Shown piece after piece: positions 37,401 through 50,274 of a DNA stretch of 64,000 bases. The notes beneath the pieces are model-generated. The model made no database searches. It worked only from the letters and a program-made list of their open reading frames with translations, and was not told the DNA's origin. How positions within the stretch are numbered: the stretch's first letter is position 1; the number at the start of each line of letters is the position of its first letter. Position numbers and translations under genes: made by a program. Source of the DNA: Macrostomum lignano (lineage: Eukaryota); assembly GCA_002269645.1 (NCBI GenBank), contig NIVC01000059.1:496001-560000 (forward strand). Reading direction: 5' to 3'.

Positions 37401-40400
37401 CACGATGGCATTACGTCTATAGAAGGTCAGCAGGCAGGCGTTCGGCTGTTTCAAAAGCTGCTCCTCCGGGAAGTGGCGCATGAACTCGCAGCTGAGCAGG
37501 AATTCGATGTGCGCCGGTCGGCGGCCCGGCTGGGCGCGCATAAAAATGTCGTGAAAATCGTCTCGGCCGATGGCCAGCAGCTGCATTGGCGTCTGGCTTA
37601 CTATGCTGGCCGTGCGGGTCACCTGGTGCAGCAGGGCGATCTCGCCGAACGGTTGGCCCTGTTGGCGCGCCATGTTCGAAGCGATGCGATTATAGATGCA
37701 GCTTATTCTTGGCGGTGATCCCAAAAAAATACTTCGAAGTACGTCTACTTTAAGCTGATAATCTTACGATATTTCCGAAAAGTACTTACTACAGTACTGA
37801 CTACTTACTACTTGTTGTGTACGAGCTATTGCAAAGGCATGCGATGCGTAGGGGTAGTTCGGGGACAGCGTTTCTAGAAACTTCCACCGCGGACTTGTTT
37901 ACGCATAGTTCCAGAAGTTTCCTTCCCCGGTCTTTCTAGAACTTTCCTTCCCCGCGTGCATAAATATACGAGCCGCCCTCCTATTGGCCAAGCCCCTTCT
38001 TTTGGTGCCACTGAGCGCCCGGATAATTATCTATCTTGTTTCTGCGTTCGTTAATTCAACAACAGAACATTGGCGACGAGGATGGCGGCTAGCATCCCCG
38101 CACCCACGCCCTTCCTGGCGAACTGCGGATCACCGACAGTACCATGGAGCCGATGGATTGAGGCCTTTGAATTTTATTACGAGGCGGCCCAATTCAAGGA
38201 GCCCGAAGGGAAGGAAGAGGCGAAACCGCTGAAGAAGAGCCTTCTGCTCCATCTGCTTGGATTCGAAGGTCAGCGGGTTGCTCGAGCACGCCAAGCAATC
38301 AAGGAGAACGACACGTTCGCAGCAACTAAGGCGGAGCTCGAGAAGATCTTCGGCGAGAAGCCCAACGTGATGGTAGCCAGATATCGCTTCCGCCAGCGCC
38401 AGCAGCTACCCGGCGAGGACGTCAAGACCTTCGTGGCAGCCCTGAGGGAGCTGACGGAGCTGTGCAACTACGGCGCAATACAGGACGATCTCATCAGAGA
38501 CCAGCTGGCTGAGAAGACCAGTAACCCCAGAATCCGAGAGAGGCTGCTGACGGAGAAGGTGGAGGACCTCAACCTGGCGAAAGCGCTCAGCATCGCGGTC
38601 TCCATCGAGGAAGCCTCCAAAGAAGCCAAGGCGATGGCGCCATCAACCTCGAGCACGGCAGCCGTCCAATCGATCCGACAGCCGAGGGGCCAGAAGGTCG
38701 CTGCAAAGGGAGGCACCGCCCAGCACCAGCTGGCAGGACGGCCAAACCCGGCGGCGCCTGCACACGCTGTGGGCGAGACCACGGACCGACGACCCCCTGT
38801 CCGGCCAAGGGCAAGACATGCGACGCCTGTGGCAAGAAGAACCACTTCCGGAGTTGCTGTCGCAGCCAGCAGGCTGCTGTCAATGCCGCGGACGAGGTGA
38901 TCACAGTCTACGCAGTGCCGGGTGGCGACAGGGAGGTCCGGGCGACGCTGGAACTCGGACCGGACAGGACCGCTGTCAGCCTGATGGTGGACTGCGGCGC
39001 AAGGGTGTCGCTGCTGTCCCGACAGACCGCCGATCGGATCTCAGGTGCAGTCACCTCTCCCACTACGACGAAGCTGCGTGCCTACGGCGGACTGCCAATC
39101 CAGCTAAGTGGTGTCACCGAGCTGGAGGTGCGCTACGGCGACAAGGCGATGCAGCACCGGTTCTTCGTTGCGCCAGGCGGCGACAACATCGTCGGTAGAG
39201 ACCTGATGGAGAAGCTGGGCTTCCGAGTCGACCTTAGCGGGCAGCCGCCCGGAATCGCGGAGGTCAGCGACTTGACGGCGGACTTGCAGGCGCGGTACCC
39301 AACGACCTTCAGCGGTGCGATAGGATGCTGCGCCGGCGCTGTACACCAGCCCAAGGTCGACCCAGCAGTGCGACCCGTCCAGCAGCCACTCCGCCGCCTG
39401 CCCCTCATGCAACAGGAGCAGGTCGGTGCCGAACTCGACAAGATGGAGAAGGACGGCATCATCGAGCGAGTTCTCGGACTTCCTGGCCGAGCAGGGCATC
39501 CGGCACGTCAAGACCAGCCTCTACCATCCGCAGACCAACGGCCAGACGGAGCGTCTCAATCGGTCGCTGCTCGCCAGCATCAGAGCGGCCATGGCGGAGA
39601 ACAGGCCGTTTCAAGACGCCGTGACCAACTTCTTGTCTGCCTATCGGAGCTCCAAGCACAGCCTGACGGGCAAGTCACCGGCCGAGCTCATGCTGGGTCG
39701 GAAGTGGCGCACCGCGATCACCATGCTGTCTCCCGGAGGGGGAATGACAACGACCGAGGCGACGCCTCAGGCACTGCGGCAGCAAATCGAGGCGCGGCAG
39801 CAGCGGATCAAGGCCTACACCGATGCCAGACGAAGGGCCCGCCCCGAGACGTTCCACCCCGGCGATTGGGTGAGAATCCGACGGCCCACCAAGAAGGGCA
39901 AGCTGGGTACCCGCCTCTCACGGCCACTACAAGTGCTCCGTCAGGCGGGACACCACGCGGTCGAGCTCAGCGACGGCACCAGATGGAACCAGCAGCGGCT
40001 GATCCGAACACCGCACCCGGCGCAGCCGAGAGAGCGGTTCGACCCACTGGTGGACTCGGCGCCAACGACCGGAGCCGGCACGGCGGCACCGGCGGCACCG
40101 GCGGCGGAGCCTCCGGCAAGAACAGCAGCGCCCCGCCGATCTGAGCGAGCCAGGCACCCGCCGATACGCTTCATGAACTGCCGCTGGGACTGATTAAAGT
40201 GAAGCTTGGGACTGTTGGACTCCTTGAAGGAGGGGAAGAATGTTGTGTATTGCAAAGGCATGCGATGCGTAGGGGTAGTTCGGGGACAGCGTTTCTAGAA
40301 ACTTCCACCACGGACTTGTTTACGCATAGTTCCAGAAGTTTCCTTCCCCGGTCTTTCTAGAACTTTCCTTCCCCGCGTGCATAAATATACGAGCCGCCCT

Positions 40401-43400
40401 CCTATTGGCCAAGCCCCTTCTTTTGGTGCCACTGAGCGCCCGGATAATTATCTATCTTGTTTCTGCGTTCGTTAATTCAACAACAGAACACTACTTACTA
40501 CTTAAAAGGCTACAAGTCTCAAGACACTTCACCGACTTGACCTTTGAAGTCACTTGGCTACAAGTCTCAAGACACTTCACCGACTTGACCTTTGAAGTTA
40601 CTTGGCTACAAGTCTCAAGACACTTCACCGACTTGACCTTTGAAGTCACTTGGCTACAAGTCTCAAGACACTTCACCGACTTGACCTTAGAAGTCACTTG
40701 GCTACAAGTCTCAAGACACTTCACCGACTTGACCTTTGAAGTCACTTGGCTACAAGTCTCAAGACACTGTACAACAACTTGACCTTTGAAGTTACTTGGC
40801 TACAAGTCTCAAGACACTTCACCGACTTGACCTTTGAAGTCACTTGGCTACAAGTCTCAAGACACTTCACCGACTTGACCTTTGAAGTCACTTGGCTACA
40901 AGTCTCAAGACACTGTACAACAACTTGACCTTAGAAGTCACTTGGCTACAAGTCTCAAGACACTTCACCGACTTGACCTTTGAAGTCACTTGGCTACAAG
41001 TCTCAAGACACTGTACAACAACTTGACCTTAGAAGTTACTTGGCTACAAGTCTCAAGACACTTCACCGACTTGACCTTTGAAGTCACTTGGCTACAAGTC
41101 TCAAGACACTTCACCGACTTGACCTTTGAAGTCACTTGGCTACAAGTCTCAAGACACTGTACAACAACTTGACCTTTGAAGTCACTTGGCTACAAGTCTC
41201 AAGACACTTCACCGACTTGACCTTTAAAATGACAACAGCTTCCTCAAGACGTACAATTTACACTTTAGACGGACATTTGGACCTTTAAAGTCAACAATTT
41301 CTTCTTTCAGTATTATGTTCTCCAACGCTCAATGCATACACAAATACACAACTCGAAGTTATTTCAATCGAATATTTAATCAGTTAATATAAATAAGACA
41401 ATTCAGACTCACCTGTCCAAGCCGTGCTACAATACTCGACCGAGTCTCGCCGCTTTCGCGGTCCTCCTTCATCACGTTGACCAGCGCTTTGCCGCTGATG
41501 ATGATGTAAAAGTTGATGCCGGTGTGGCCCTGACGAATAATGAGACGCCCAGCTGGCACAGAGTAGTAGAAGGCCACACGAGACAGCTTCTCCTGAATGC
41601 TCAACGGGTACTCATTAAATGTTGGCAGATTCTGCAGGCCGTACATCAGCGTCTGCACCTGCTCGTCGCTTCGATCCTGCGGTTCCATCTGCAGGATGTA
41701 CTTCATCTCGCCTGTTAGATCAATCTGTAATTTAGTAATAAATAATAATTGCAGGAGGGCTGCGCGGCACCCTGGTGCATGCCTTCGGCAACATCGTCAC
41801 ACAAACAGCGCTGACGGAAATTCTATCAAATTCGCTGACTCATAAGCACATAATAATAGCAATAATATTAATAATAGTTATTACTTGTATTACTAGTAGT
41901 ATTATTACTATTGATATTGTTTACACCTGACCTAATAGGCACAGATGTGCAACCGACAGCTCAACCGCAGCTATTGCGCGGCGCATCTGAAGGCTGCGTA
42001 CGGCTGGCCAGTCCAAAGGACTGGGGGGGGGTCGCCACACACACCCTCAATTACCCCAGCTAATGCTGGCACCCATTTTACAGCTGAGTGAACTGAAGCA
42101 ATGCAGAGTTAAGTGTTTTGCTCAAAGACACAAATTTTTCTGAGTGGGTCGAGAATCGAACCCCCGACCTTTCAGTCGTGAGTTCGACGCTCTCTAACCA
42201 CTAGGCTACAACCTCCACATACACACATGAGCACATGCAAGCAAGCTAATACTGTACGCAGGCACACACTCGTACACACGCTTTACACAGGCTGTACAGC
42301 AGCCCCGCAGCCCCGACTTTCTACATTAATCCTGTCAGGCACTTGATAGCTATATACAGTGGTCCTTGCTTTAACATGCGACCAAATTTGTCTGCGAACG
42401 GTGCGACCTTGAACTGTGCCTCTGTATGAGTCAGTATTACCTATTCAAAGCACCTATGCTAGCTCTCTATCTCTACGTCAGGATGAGACCGGATATCCGC
42501 GTGAACTAACTGCACTGACTTGTATTGAAAAATCTTCTCTGTACAGTTCACCGTATGCACGCATTGTCTGTGCCGTCAAAGGACACTAACTTCCGGCAGG
42601 TACTGCATGCGGTATGGTCTACGTTTTTTGCCCTCTTTTCATCTCTCGTTTCCGGGTTCAGGTAGTCCAAACTGGACGCTTTCAAAAGTCAATAGTCTGA
42701 TGCGATAATTCACGAGCAATTTTCGAACCTCTTTCTTAGCCCGAAAGTAGGACAAATCGAAACTCAATCCGGAATCGTCCGTCTCGAAGCCTTTCAGCGT
42801 GTCGGCTACGCGGATATTCTCGTCCTCTTTGTAGTCGGTTCTGGAATGATTACAGGTAAGTTAATTAATCTGCTAATTTTCAATCGCGAACAGGTTTCAG
42901 TCAATCCCATTCGCTTTAGGAATGTCGGAAATACACGTAATTGGCACTAATGCAAGTCAAGAAATGCAAAAGACGGTGTTTTAAAACAAAAAATTGTTAA
43001 AATGAAGCTCTGAAATTAGGCTTAGGTGACACCAAAATTTGGAGTCAGGAGACACTGAAAAGTGGAGTCAGAAAATAACTAAAAAGTGGGTCAGGAGACA
43101 TCCATAAAGTGGGTCAGGAGACATCCAAAAAGTGGGTCAGGAGACACCCAAAAAGGTGGGTCAGGAGACATCCAAAAAGTGGGTCAGGAGACATTCATAA
43201 AGTGGGTCAGGAGACATTCATAAAGTGGGTCAGGAGACACCCATAAAGTGGGTCAGGAGACACCCATAAAGTGGGTCAGGAGACACCCATAAAGTGGGTC
43301 AGGAGACACCCATAAAGTGGGTCAGGAGACACCCATAAAGTGGGTCAGGAGACATTCATAAAGTGGGTCAGGAGACATTAATAAAGTGGGTCAGGAGACA

Positions 43401-46091
43401 CCCATAAAGTGGGTCAGGAGACACCTATAAAGTGGATCAGGAGACACCTATAAAGTGGGTCAGGAGACACCTATAAAGTGGATCAGGAGACACCTATAAA
43501 GTGGGTCAGGAGACACCTATAAAGTGGGTCAGGAGACACCTATAAAGTGGGTCAGGAGACACCTATAAAGTGGATCAGGAGACACCTATAAAGTGGGTCA
43601 GGAGACACCTATAAAGTGGAGTCAGGAGACAAAATAATGTATGTCATAAGCCACCCAGACAATATTACGAGTATTCCTCAATAGTGCTCACCTTTTGAGC
43701 ACAGCGTGAATCCAGTTGATCATTACGATGACAATTCTTGACATTTTCTTGAACCGGGCCAGGGCCTGTGAACGAAGTCAGGTTGAAGTCTTGAAAACTT
43801 CTGACTATGGCCCTCATTTTAGCAAGCGATGAACGGCTGTGCCAGCTGAATAATTGATTAAATCGCCTCATTTTCTGCTCAGTTGCGAGCGGGGGGGTTT
43901 GCCTTTATTATCTATAAAAACTGCCTTAGACTTTTAATTTCAACTGAAGTCTACAAAATACATAAAATCTGTGGATAAACTACTGAATAAAGAGCTTTTG
44001 ACGATCACTTATTCATAAGCCGGGGTAATTTAGATAAGTCAACGAATCCATGGCAACTAACTCATGATGGAGAGCAACTAACGATAGAAGGTAGATATTT
44101 TCCGGATCCGAGCTTGAAGATCAAGGATTGGACAGAGGTAATAATGAAAATTATGGAGTAGAGACCTAGGAAAAGAGATCTATGAGAAGAGAGTAGAGAA
44201 CTAGGAGGGGAGAGTAGAGAACTAGGAGGGGAGAGTAGAGAACTAGGAGGGGAGAGTAGAGAACTTGGGGGGGGAGAGTAGAGACTTAGGAGGGGAGAGT
44301 AGAGTACTCGGAGGAGAGAGTAGAGAACTTGGGGGGGGGAGAGTAGAGACTTAGGAGGGGAGAGTAGAGTACTCGGAGGAGAGAGTAGAGAACTAGGAGG
44401 GGAGAGAGAAGAAATCTAAATTTAGGAGAGCAGTAGGAGAAGATTAATTATGTCTACAGAAGTAAGAATAGAATAGAAATATGAAAGCAAACATGAACAA
44501 GAAAGCTTAGATATCTTTCAACACACGCGACTCAACCGACGGAACTGTGCCTCAGTTGGCTGTCTGCTCAATATTCTCAGCTGTCTTGGCGAAGTGGCGG
44601 TCGGCGAAGCCAGCAGGAGGTCCGCAGTCGGCTGTCTATGGCCCAACTCCAATGGCCAGTTGGTTCGCGCGCTGCCCAATAGCAAGCGCTGAGAAGCCAT
44701 TCTAGGCTTATGGATAAGTTTAGGTGCTGAAAGCACTGCACTACCGAGGTATTTATAGGAAATTTTAATGAGCATTCTTGCAGCCAATGAGGAACATGGG
44801 CCGGGCCTCTCAAGAGATTCAAGGAAACAGACTGCGTTGACTTATCGCTGAGTACAGAGAGTGTTCTGTATCTTTTATCCCTTTGGGTTTTCTTAATTCC
44901 GTTTTTTATTTCCTCTCTCATGGAATGTAAAAGGCTAACAATAATTCTCCAATGTAAAAAGAGGTTATCCCACTAACATGAATTATCAAGTCTAACAGGA
45001 ACTCCCCAATCTAACAGGGATTCCCCAATCTAACAGGGATTCCCCAATCTAACAGGAATTACCCAATCTAACAGGGATTCCCCAATCTAACAGGGGGGGA
45101 ATTACCCAATCTAACAGGAATTACCCAATCTAACAAGAATTCTCCAATCTAACAGGAACTCCCAATCTAACAAGAATTCTCCAATCTAACAGAAATTCCC
45201 TAATCTAACAGGAATTACCCAATCTAACAAGAATTCTCCAATCTAACAGGAACTCCCAATCTAACAAGAATTCTCCAATCTAACAGAAATTCCCTAATCT
45301 AACAGGAATTCCCCAATCTAACAGAAATTCCCCAATCTAACAGGAATTCCCAAATTTAGCAGGAACTCCCCAATCTAACAGGAATTCCCTAATCTAACAA
45401 GAATTCTCCAATCTAACAGGAATTCCCCAATCTAACAGGAATTCCCCAATCTAACAGGAATTCCCAAATTTAGCAGGAACTCCCCAATCTAACAGGAATT
45501 CCCTAATCTAACAAGAATTCTCCAATCTAACAGGAATTCCCCAATCTAACAAGAATTCTCCAATCTAACAGGAACTCCCCAATCTAACAGGAATTCCCAA
45601 TCTAACAGGAATTCCCCAATCTAACAAGAATTCTCCAATCTAACAGGAATTCCCCAATCTAACAAGAATTCCAAGCAACAATAACAAGCCAAGCAACATC
45701 TCTAAACACCAGTTTCACCCCTCACCACCGCGCGTCGTTGCTCTTTGATTGACAGCCGCCTCTGGCTGGACTTCCGACTCAGGCTGAGCCCAGTCGTTGA
45801 GGAGCTGCGAACCAGCCGCTGCTCCTGCTGCTCCTGCTGTCCCATCGCTGAATGTCCCGCATCTGCAGCTGTCTGATCTCGGCGCAGTTGCAGAGGCTGC
45901 AACTCGTCATCAACTTCATCTTCGATGCCTTCTTCTTTTTGTTGTTCTTCTGAATCGGAGAAATCTTCATCGTTAGAAGCCGTGTCCATGCTTCTCTCGC
46001 GAAAGCGGTTCGAGTGTAAAAATGCTACTATGCTTTTTTCTAAGCCAGCTCGCAGCTCAGGTCCATCTGGGGTTTCGGGGGCTGTAGCCAT
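34137..46091 (-). CDS. Cyclic nucleotide-binding domain protein (CNBD2-like), about 697 aa, 10 exons
   Basis: Exons in minus order: 46091-45726, 44688-44527 (uncertain), 43765-43692, 42840-42729, 41724-41413, 37658-37250, 37157-37090 (GAG acceptor, uncertain), 36267-35965, 35842-35774, 34355-34137. Phases close to 2094 nt. Motifs ARFKKMSRIV, GLSFDLSYFRAKKE, LIIRQGHTGINFYIIISG, LGQGQPFGEIALL..RTASIV, TLKPGDVFGL, ISNGSECL. Confidence 0.8.
34460..35760. repeat. 23-bp minisatellite in the last CNBD intron, preceded by (CT)n
   Basis: Unit GAGAATCGTCTCTAAACTACACT. Confidence 0.95.
36353..36758. mobile_element. hAT MITE carrying an internal 21-bp minisatellite
   Basis: TIRs CAGGGGCGTCGCCA / CAGAGGGGTCGCCA (revcomp). 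Perfect 8-bp TSD GGGTGTAC (36345-36352 / 36759-36766). GGCACTCATTTTGGCGCCGCA repeats at about 36400-36600. Confidence 0.9.
37813..40490 (+). mobile_element. Ty3/Gypsy (Mag-like) LTR retrotransposon, internally deleted and non-autonomous, antisense in CNBD intron 5
   Basis: LTRs 37813-38069 and 40241-40490 (TG..CA; 1 substitution plus one 7-bp indel). TSD CTACT. PBS TGGCGACGAGGATGG at 38071, complementary to the tRNA-Ser(GCT) 3' end. PPT 40226-40240. Confidence 0.97.
38082..40193 (+). pseudogene. gag-pol remnant: Gag, Zn knuckles, protease, RT stub and integrase C-terminal half
   Basis: Gag (PWSRWIEAF, ARYRFRQRQQLPGE). CTRCG..H..C and CDACGKKNHF knuckles in the -1 frame. Protease MVDCGA. RT start ..GIIERV joined out of frame to integrase SEFSDFLAEQGIRH..YHPQTNGQTERLNR. 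The RT core and RNase H are missing. Confidence 0.93.
40505..41225. repeat. 48-bp minisatellite, CNBD intron 5
   Basis: Unit TGGCTACAAGTCTCAAGACACTTCACCGACTTGACCTTTGAAGTCACT. Confidence 0.95.
41931..42216 (-). mobile_element. tRNA-derived SINE with CORE-like central domain
   Basis: A box TAGCCTAGTGG, B box GGTTCGATTC. Centre GTGTCTTTGAGCAAAACACTTAAC..CTGTAAAATGGG resembles the CORE domain. AT-rich tail to about 41850. Collinear second copy at 58984-59263. Confidence 0.8.
43085..43630. repeat. 23-bp minisatellite, CNBD intron 3
   Basis: Unit AAAGTGGGTCAGGAGACACCCAT. Confidence 0.95.
44185..44410. repeat. About 21-bp purine-rich minisatellite, CNBD intron 2
   Basis: Unit GGAGAGTAGAGAACTAGGAGG. 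Confidence 0.85.
44990..45670. repeat. 19-bp minisatellite, CNBD intron 1
   Basis: Unit AATCTAACAGGAATTCCCC. Confidence 0.95.
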
Positions 46092-46534
46092 AGCTTGAGC
46101 TGATTTATAATAACACTCTTGAGCACATCATCTTGAGCACATTTTCTATTTCTGCTTCCATTCTCACAGCTCGGCTTGTGATGAAGATAGGTAGATAGCA
46201 ATGCAAATGAGGTACAGAGATTCGTTAGCCATTTCTGTATGAATAGAAGACAGGCATTAAGTATGCTGCTCACTCTGTCCAGAGGTAAAACATATTTTAT
46301 TGTTGGCTACAGCACACTAAAGTGAAAGAATGAAATTCAGAAAGTGTTATTGAGTTCGTTGCTTAACGGGCAAGCTGTGTTCAACTCTGCAAATACGAGA
46401 TTAATAGCGTTCTCCTGTTTGCGAGTTTTGTTTGTAGATTTCTGTGATGAAATGTACTTTTATTGGGGTTTTTTTAGGAGCTAAATTAGTTTTGACCTGT
46501 AAGTAAACAAAATACTTTATCTTAAGCCGCTCCA

Positions 46535-47555
46535 TCACAGGTGAACATCTGGCTACTGTAACAGGTGAACATCTGGCTACTGTAACAGGTGAACATCTGG
46601 CTACTGTAACAGGTGAACATCTGGCTACTGTAACAGGTGAACATCTGGCTACTGTAACAGGTGAACATCTGGCTACTGTAACAGGTGAACATCTGGCTAC
46701 TGTAACAGGTGAACATCTGGCTACTGTAACAGGTGAACATCTGGCTACTGTAACAGGTGAACATTTGGCTACTGTAACAGGTGAACATCTGGCTACTGTA
46801 ACAGGTGAACATCTGGCTACTGTAACAGGTGAACATCTGGCTACTGTAACAGGCGAACATCTGGCTACTGTAACAGGTGAACATCTGGCTACTGTAACAG
46901 GTGAACATCTGGCTACTGTAACAGGTGAACATCTGGCTACTGTAACAGATGAGCTCCTACTGTGACAGGTGGACACCTGCTGTAACAGGTGAACACCTAC
47001 TGTAACAGGTGAACACCTACTGTAACAGGTAAACACCTACTGTGACAGGTGGACACCTGCTGTAACAGGTGAACACCTACTGTAACAGGTGAACACCTAC
47101 TGTAACAGGTGAACACCTACTGTGACAGGTGGACACCTGCTGTAACAGGTGAACACCTACTGTAACAGGTGAACACCTAAAGCTACAGGTGAACACCTAC
47201 TGTAACAGGTGAACACCTACTGTAACAGGTGAACACCTACTGTAACAGGTGAACACCTACTGTAACAGGTGAACACCTATAGCTACAGGTGAACACCTAC
47301 TGTAACAGGTGAACACCTACTGTAACAGGTGAACACCTACTGTAACAGGTGAACACCTACTGTAACAGGTGAACACCTACTGTAACAGGTGAGCTCCTAC
47401 TGTAACAGGTGAGCTCCTACTGTAACAGGTGAGCTCCTACTGTAACAGGTGAGCTCCTACTGTAACAGGTGAGCTCCTACTGTAACAGGTGAGCTCCTAC
47501 TGTAACAGGTGAGCTCCTACTGTAACAGGTGAGCTCCTACTGTAACAGGTAAACA
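46535..47555. repeat. Compound minisatellite: 24-bp unit changing to a related 20-bp unit
   Basis: AACAGGTGAACATCTGGCTACTGT, then AACAGGTGAACACCTACTGT, then AACAGGTGAGCTCCTACTGT. Confidence 0.96.
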
Positions 47556-48299
47556 CCCAGCAACTGTAGAAGCTACGAGTACTTTGCTGAACGCCATTCT
47601 ATTCCCAGGTCTTTCTATCCCATTCTATCCCTAGATAAGCGCCATTCTATCTTTTAAGCAATTTACAAAAGAAAAAGGACATGGGCCATTCCTTCGATAC
47701 CATATTTGTTCACATAACATATCAAACTAATATACAACTCACAAAATATTGAGAAGCCGAAATCAGATTTTTTAACTTTATGTCCCTCTACAGTATGAAT
47801 TAAAAGGCTTTACAGTAGAGGGATGCTACTGAGGAGTATTACTGTAAGTAGTAAAGTCAAGTAAAGTAGAGAATTATATATGTACAATTATATAATTGTA
47901 TATCCCACCCGATTCTTTTTTAATTGTTTGTTGGTTTGTCTTGGTCTCACTTTGTTTAAACTGGTACTCCTTAGTTCATAAATATTAATTAGCCAGGTTT
48001 TGTATTACACAGGTACAATCCTAATATTCAGCGAGCTAGGACCCGTGCTCTATCACCAACGCAACGCCTCGCTGCTTGCAACGAAAGTATCCGATATTTG
48101 AATAAGAATAAATGTCATTGATCACAGTTAGTACACGTGCGAGTTCGAATAAGTTTACAATTGATCCATGCATTCCGTTCAATCCATTGACTGTCTAGTA
48201 GTCTCCTCCAAAAGTGGAGTGGCAAGCTTTAGCTCGTACTAATGGATTTATACCAGCTACCAACTTCGTCAAGAAGCCAACCATTTAACAATTTAACAG

Positions 48300-49570
48300 C
48301 TCGTACTACTGGCTAGAGTACAGTGTCGCCAGCACGAGCTCTTGAATGTGTGTGTGCAGTAACCTATACGGCCGGGGTTTCAGCCCGCCGAGGGCGGCCG
48401 ACTCCAGAAAGGTATACGCCTCGATCGACTTGGTCCACAAGTCACATGGGCTTAACTGAGTCGGATTAGCAGGGCAATTGAAGAGATGGGCCACAGTTTG
48501 AGGCACTAGGAGGTGAATCTCGCGTCGTTGTGCACCGATGTCCAGCGGTTTGGAGGCAGGCTGTCCAGCATCACCTGACTGCAAGCATGTGCTGGGCACG
48601 CCTGGCGCGATCCCAGGCCGCAGCGTCGAGGACGTCCGGGGCCGGAGCCGGCGCCCATTCAGCGTTAAAATGCTCCGCGGTGAAAATGGGGGCTTTCATG
48701 AGCCTGCGCGGAGGCGGGAGGCTAGCTAGGTGGTGGCACGGATGTTCTGGGCGCCTAGTGCGGAGCTTCAGCTGGAGCGCAAGGAGGCGGTTGTGCTGGC
48801 GGACGGTGAGCAGCTGGACTTCACTGTGGAGGTCAGCTTCTGAAGTAAGGGCCGTGTAACCAGTGATGCAACGGATCGCCGCGTTCTGAGCCGACTGAAG
48901 CAGGGTCCAGGATGACGTCGAGATAATAGGGCCCCAGACCGGCGCAGCGTAGTCGAGTAAACTTCGGCCAAGCGCTTTGAAAGTAGGTCAGAAGGAGAGT
49001 TTAGGGTCGAACGTCACGCCCAGAATTTTAGGATAGAGGGCCTGCGGCAGCTGGGAGCCATTGATGAAGACGTGCAGTTGGCGGGAGTATTCGCGCTGAT
49101 CTAGACTGAACAGAGTGGCCGTACATTTAGTGGTTGAAATCTGGAGCTTGCGCGACTCAAGGAAGGGAGCGAGATCGGCCAGGTAGCTATTAAGCTGCTG
49201 TTCAATGGAGTTGCAACTTGGGGACGAGGCGGCAACGGTCGTCTGCGTAGCCGATCAAGTTAGTAGCCGGATTGGCAGGCACAGGAGCTTTGGCCAGATA
49301 GAAGGCGAAACGTAGCGGGCTGATGGTGCTGCCTTGAGGTACTCCCATGCGGACCTGCTGCCACTTCGACTTAATGTCCGGCATGATGGTATAGTTGGTG
49401 AGCCAGGCCTTAATAGCAAATCTGCTCGACTAGCTGGCAAAGGGCAGTTGTGGTTGAGTGATGTGGGCGGAAGCCATGTTGCCAGGCTGGAAGCTGTAGG
49501 TGGTCGGTCAGAAGCGATAACAGGAACTTCTCCAGAGTTTTAACGAGCGGTGAGAGAACGGAAATCCTGC
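48300..49570 (-). mobile_element. 5'-truncated, decayed non-LTR retrotransposon (LINE) RT and 3' region
   Basis: Minus-strand motifs LSPLVKTLEK, QHGFRP..STTTAL, GVPQGSTISP, YADD, KILGVTFDPKLSF, LDYAAPVW, HLFNCPANPTQL..DLW. Frameshifts and internal deletions present. Clade not assigned. Confidence 0.88.
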
Positions 49571-50274
49571 GGTTTCCCTCTTTCAGAAGTGGACAGATTA
49601 ACGACTTTTCCAGACCGCCGGGATCTCATTATACGTGTTAATATAAGATCGTATATCTCTTGAGATCGTATAGCTCTTGAATGTCAACAACGTGTACGTC
49701 TTCCCGCTCGGCGACATCCAATATTCAGCGTTGAGCGTCTTCTAGGCTGACAGCCAGCTCAAGCTGGAGACATTGAAAAGTGCGTCAATTGCCCCTGTAG
49801 TCTTCCATCTGAAGTGGAAAACACTTGGATAGCAGTCTGGGTAGAAACAGAAAAGCCAAGGCAGAATTTTCATGCCGAGTCAGAGTTGCGAAGCCAGACA
49901 AAATCATTTGCTGCTTCGATAGAGACGGGCCTTATATTTTTACTGTCAGTAGATTATCAAATAAAGGTTCAGTATAATTTATGCTAGGTGTTTTTGTTTT
50001 ACGCTCGGATTTTAATTTATCCAATTGTCATTTTTACATATGGTATTTCGTGGCAGTCCAGCCAAGTACATATGTACTGGAGCGGTCCGTAGCTCACCTA
50101 CTTTCTTCTCAACTGAAAACTGCAATGCTCAACACAAAAATTGAGCGTATTATATTCGCTCAATTTATTGTAGAGACGGGGATTGAGGATCTCGGTCTGA
50201 CCTCCGTGACCAGACTTGTGTACGGACCTTCACTGCGGCTGCGGGAGCGCAGAGGAAGTAACACAGTAGATGAA

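Noticed and set aside
37801-37812. 12-bp TSD for the Gypsy element (CTACTTACTACT on both sides)
   Set aside because: The target is a CTACTTA microrepeat, so a normal 5-bp TSD (CTACT) explains it.
46535-47555. Tandem CAG|GTGAG splice-donor array
   Set aside because: On the + strand, with no + strand gene found here; treated as a plain minisatellite.
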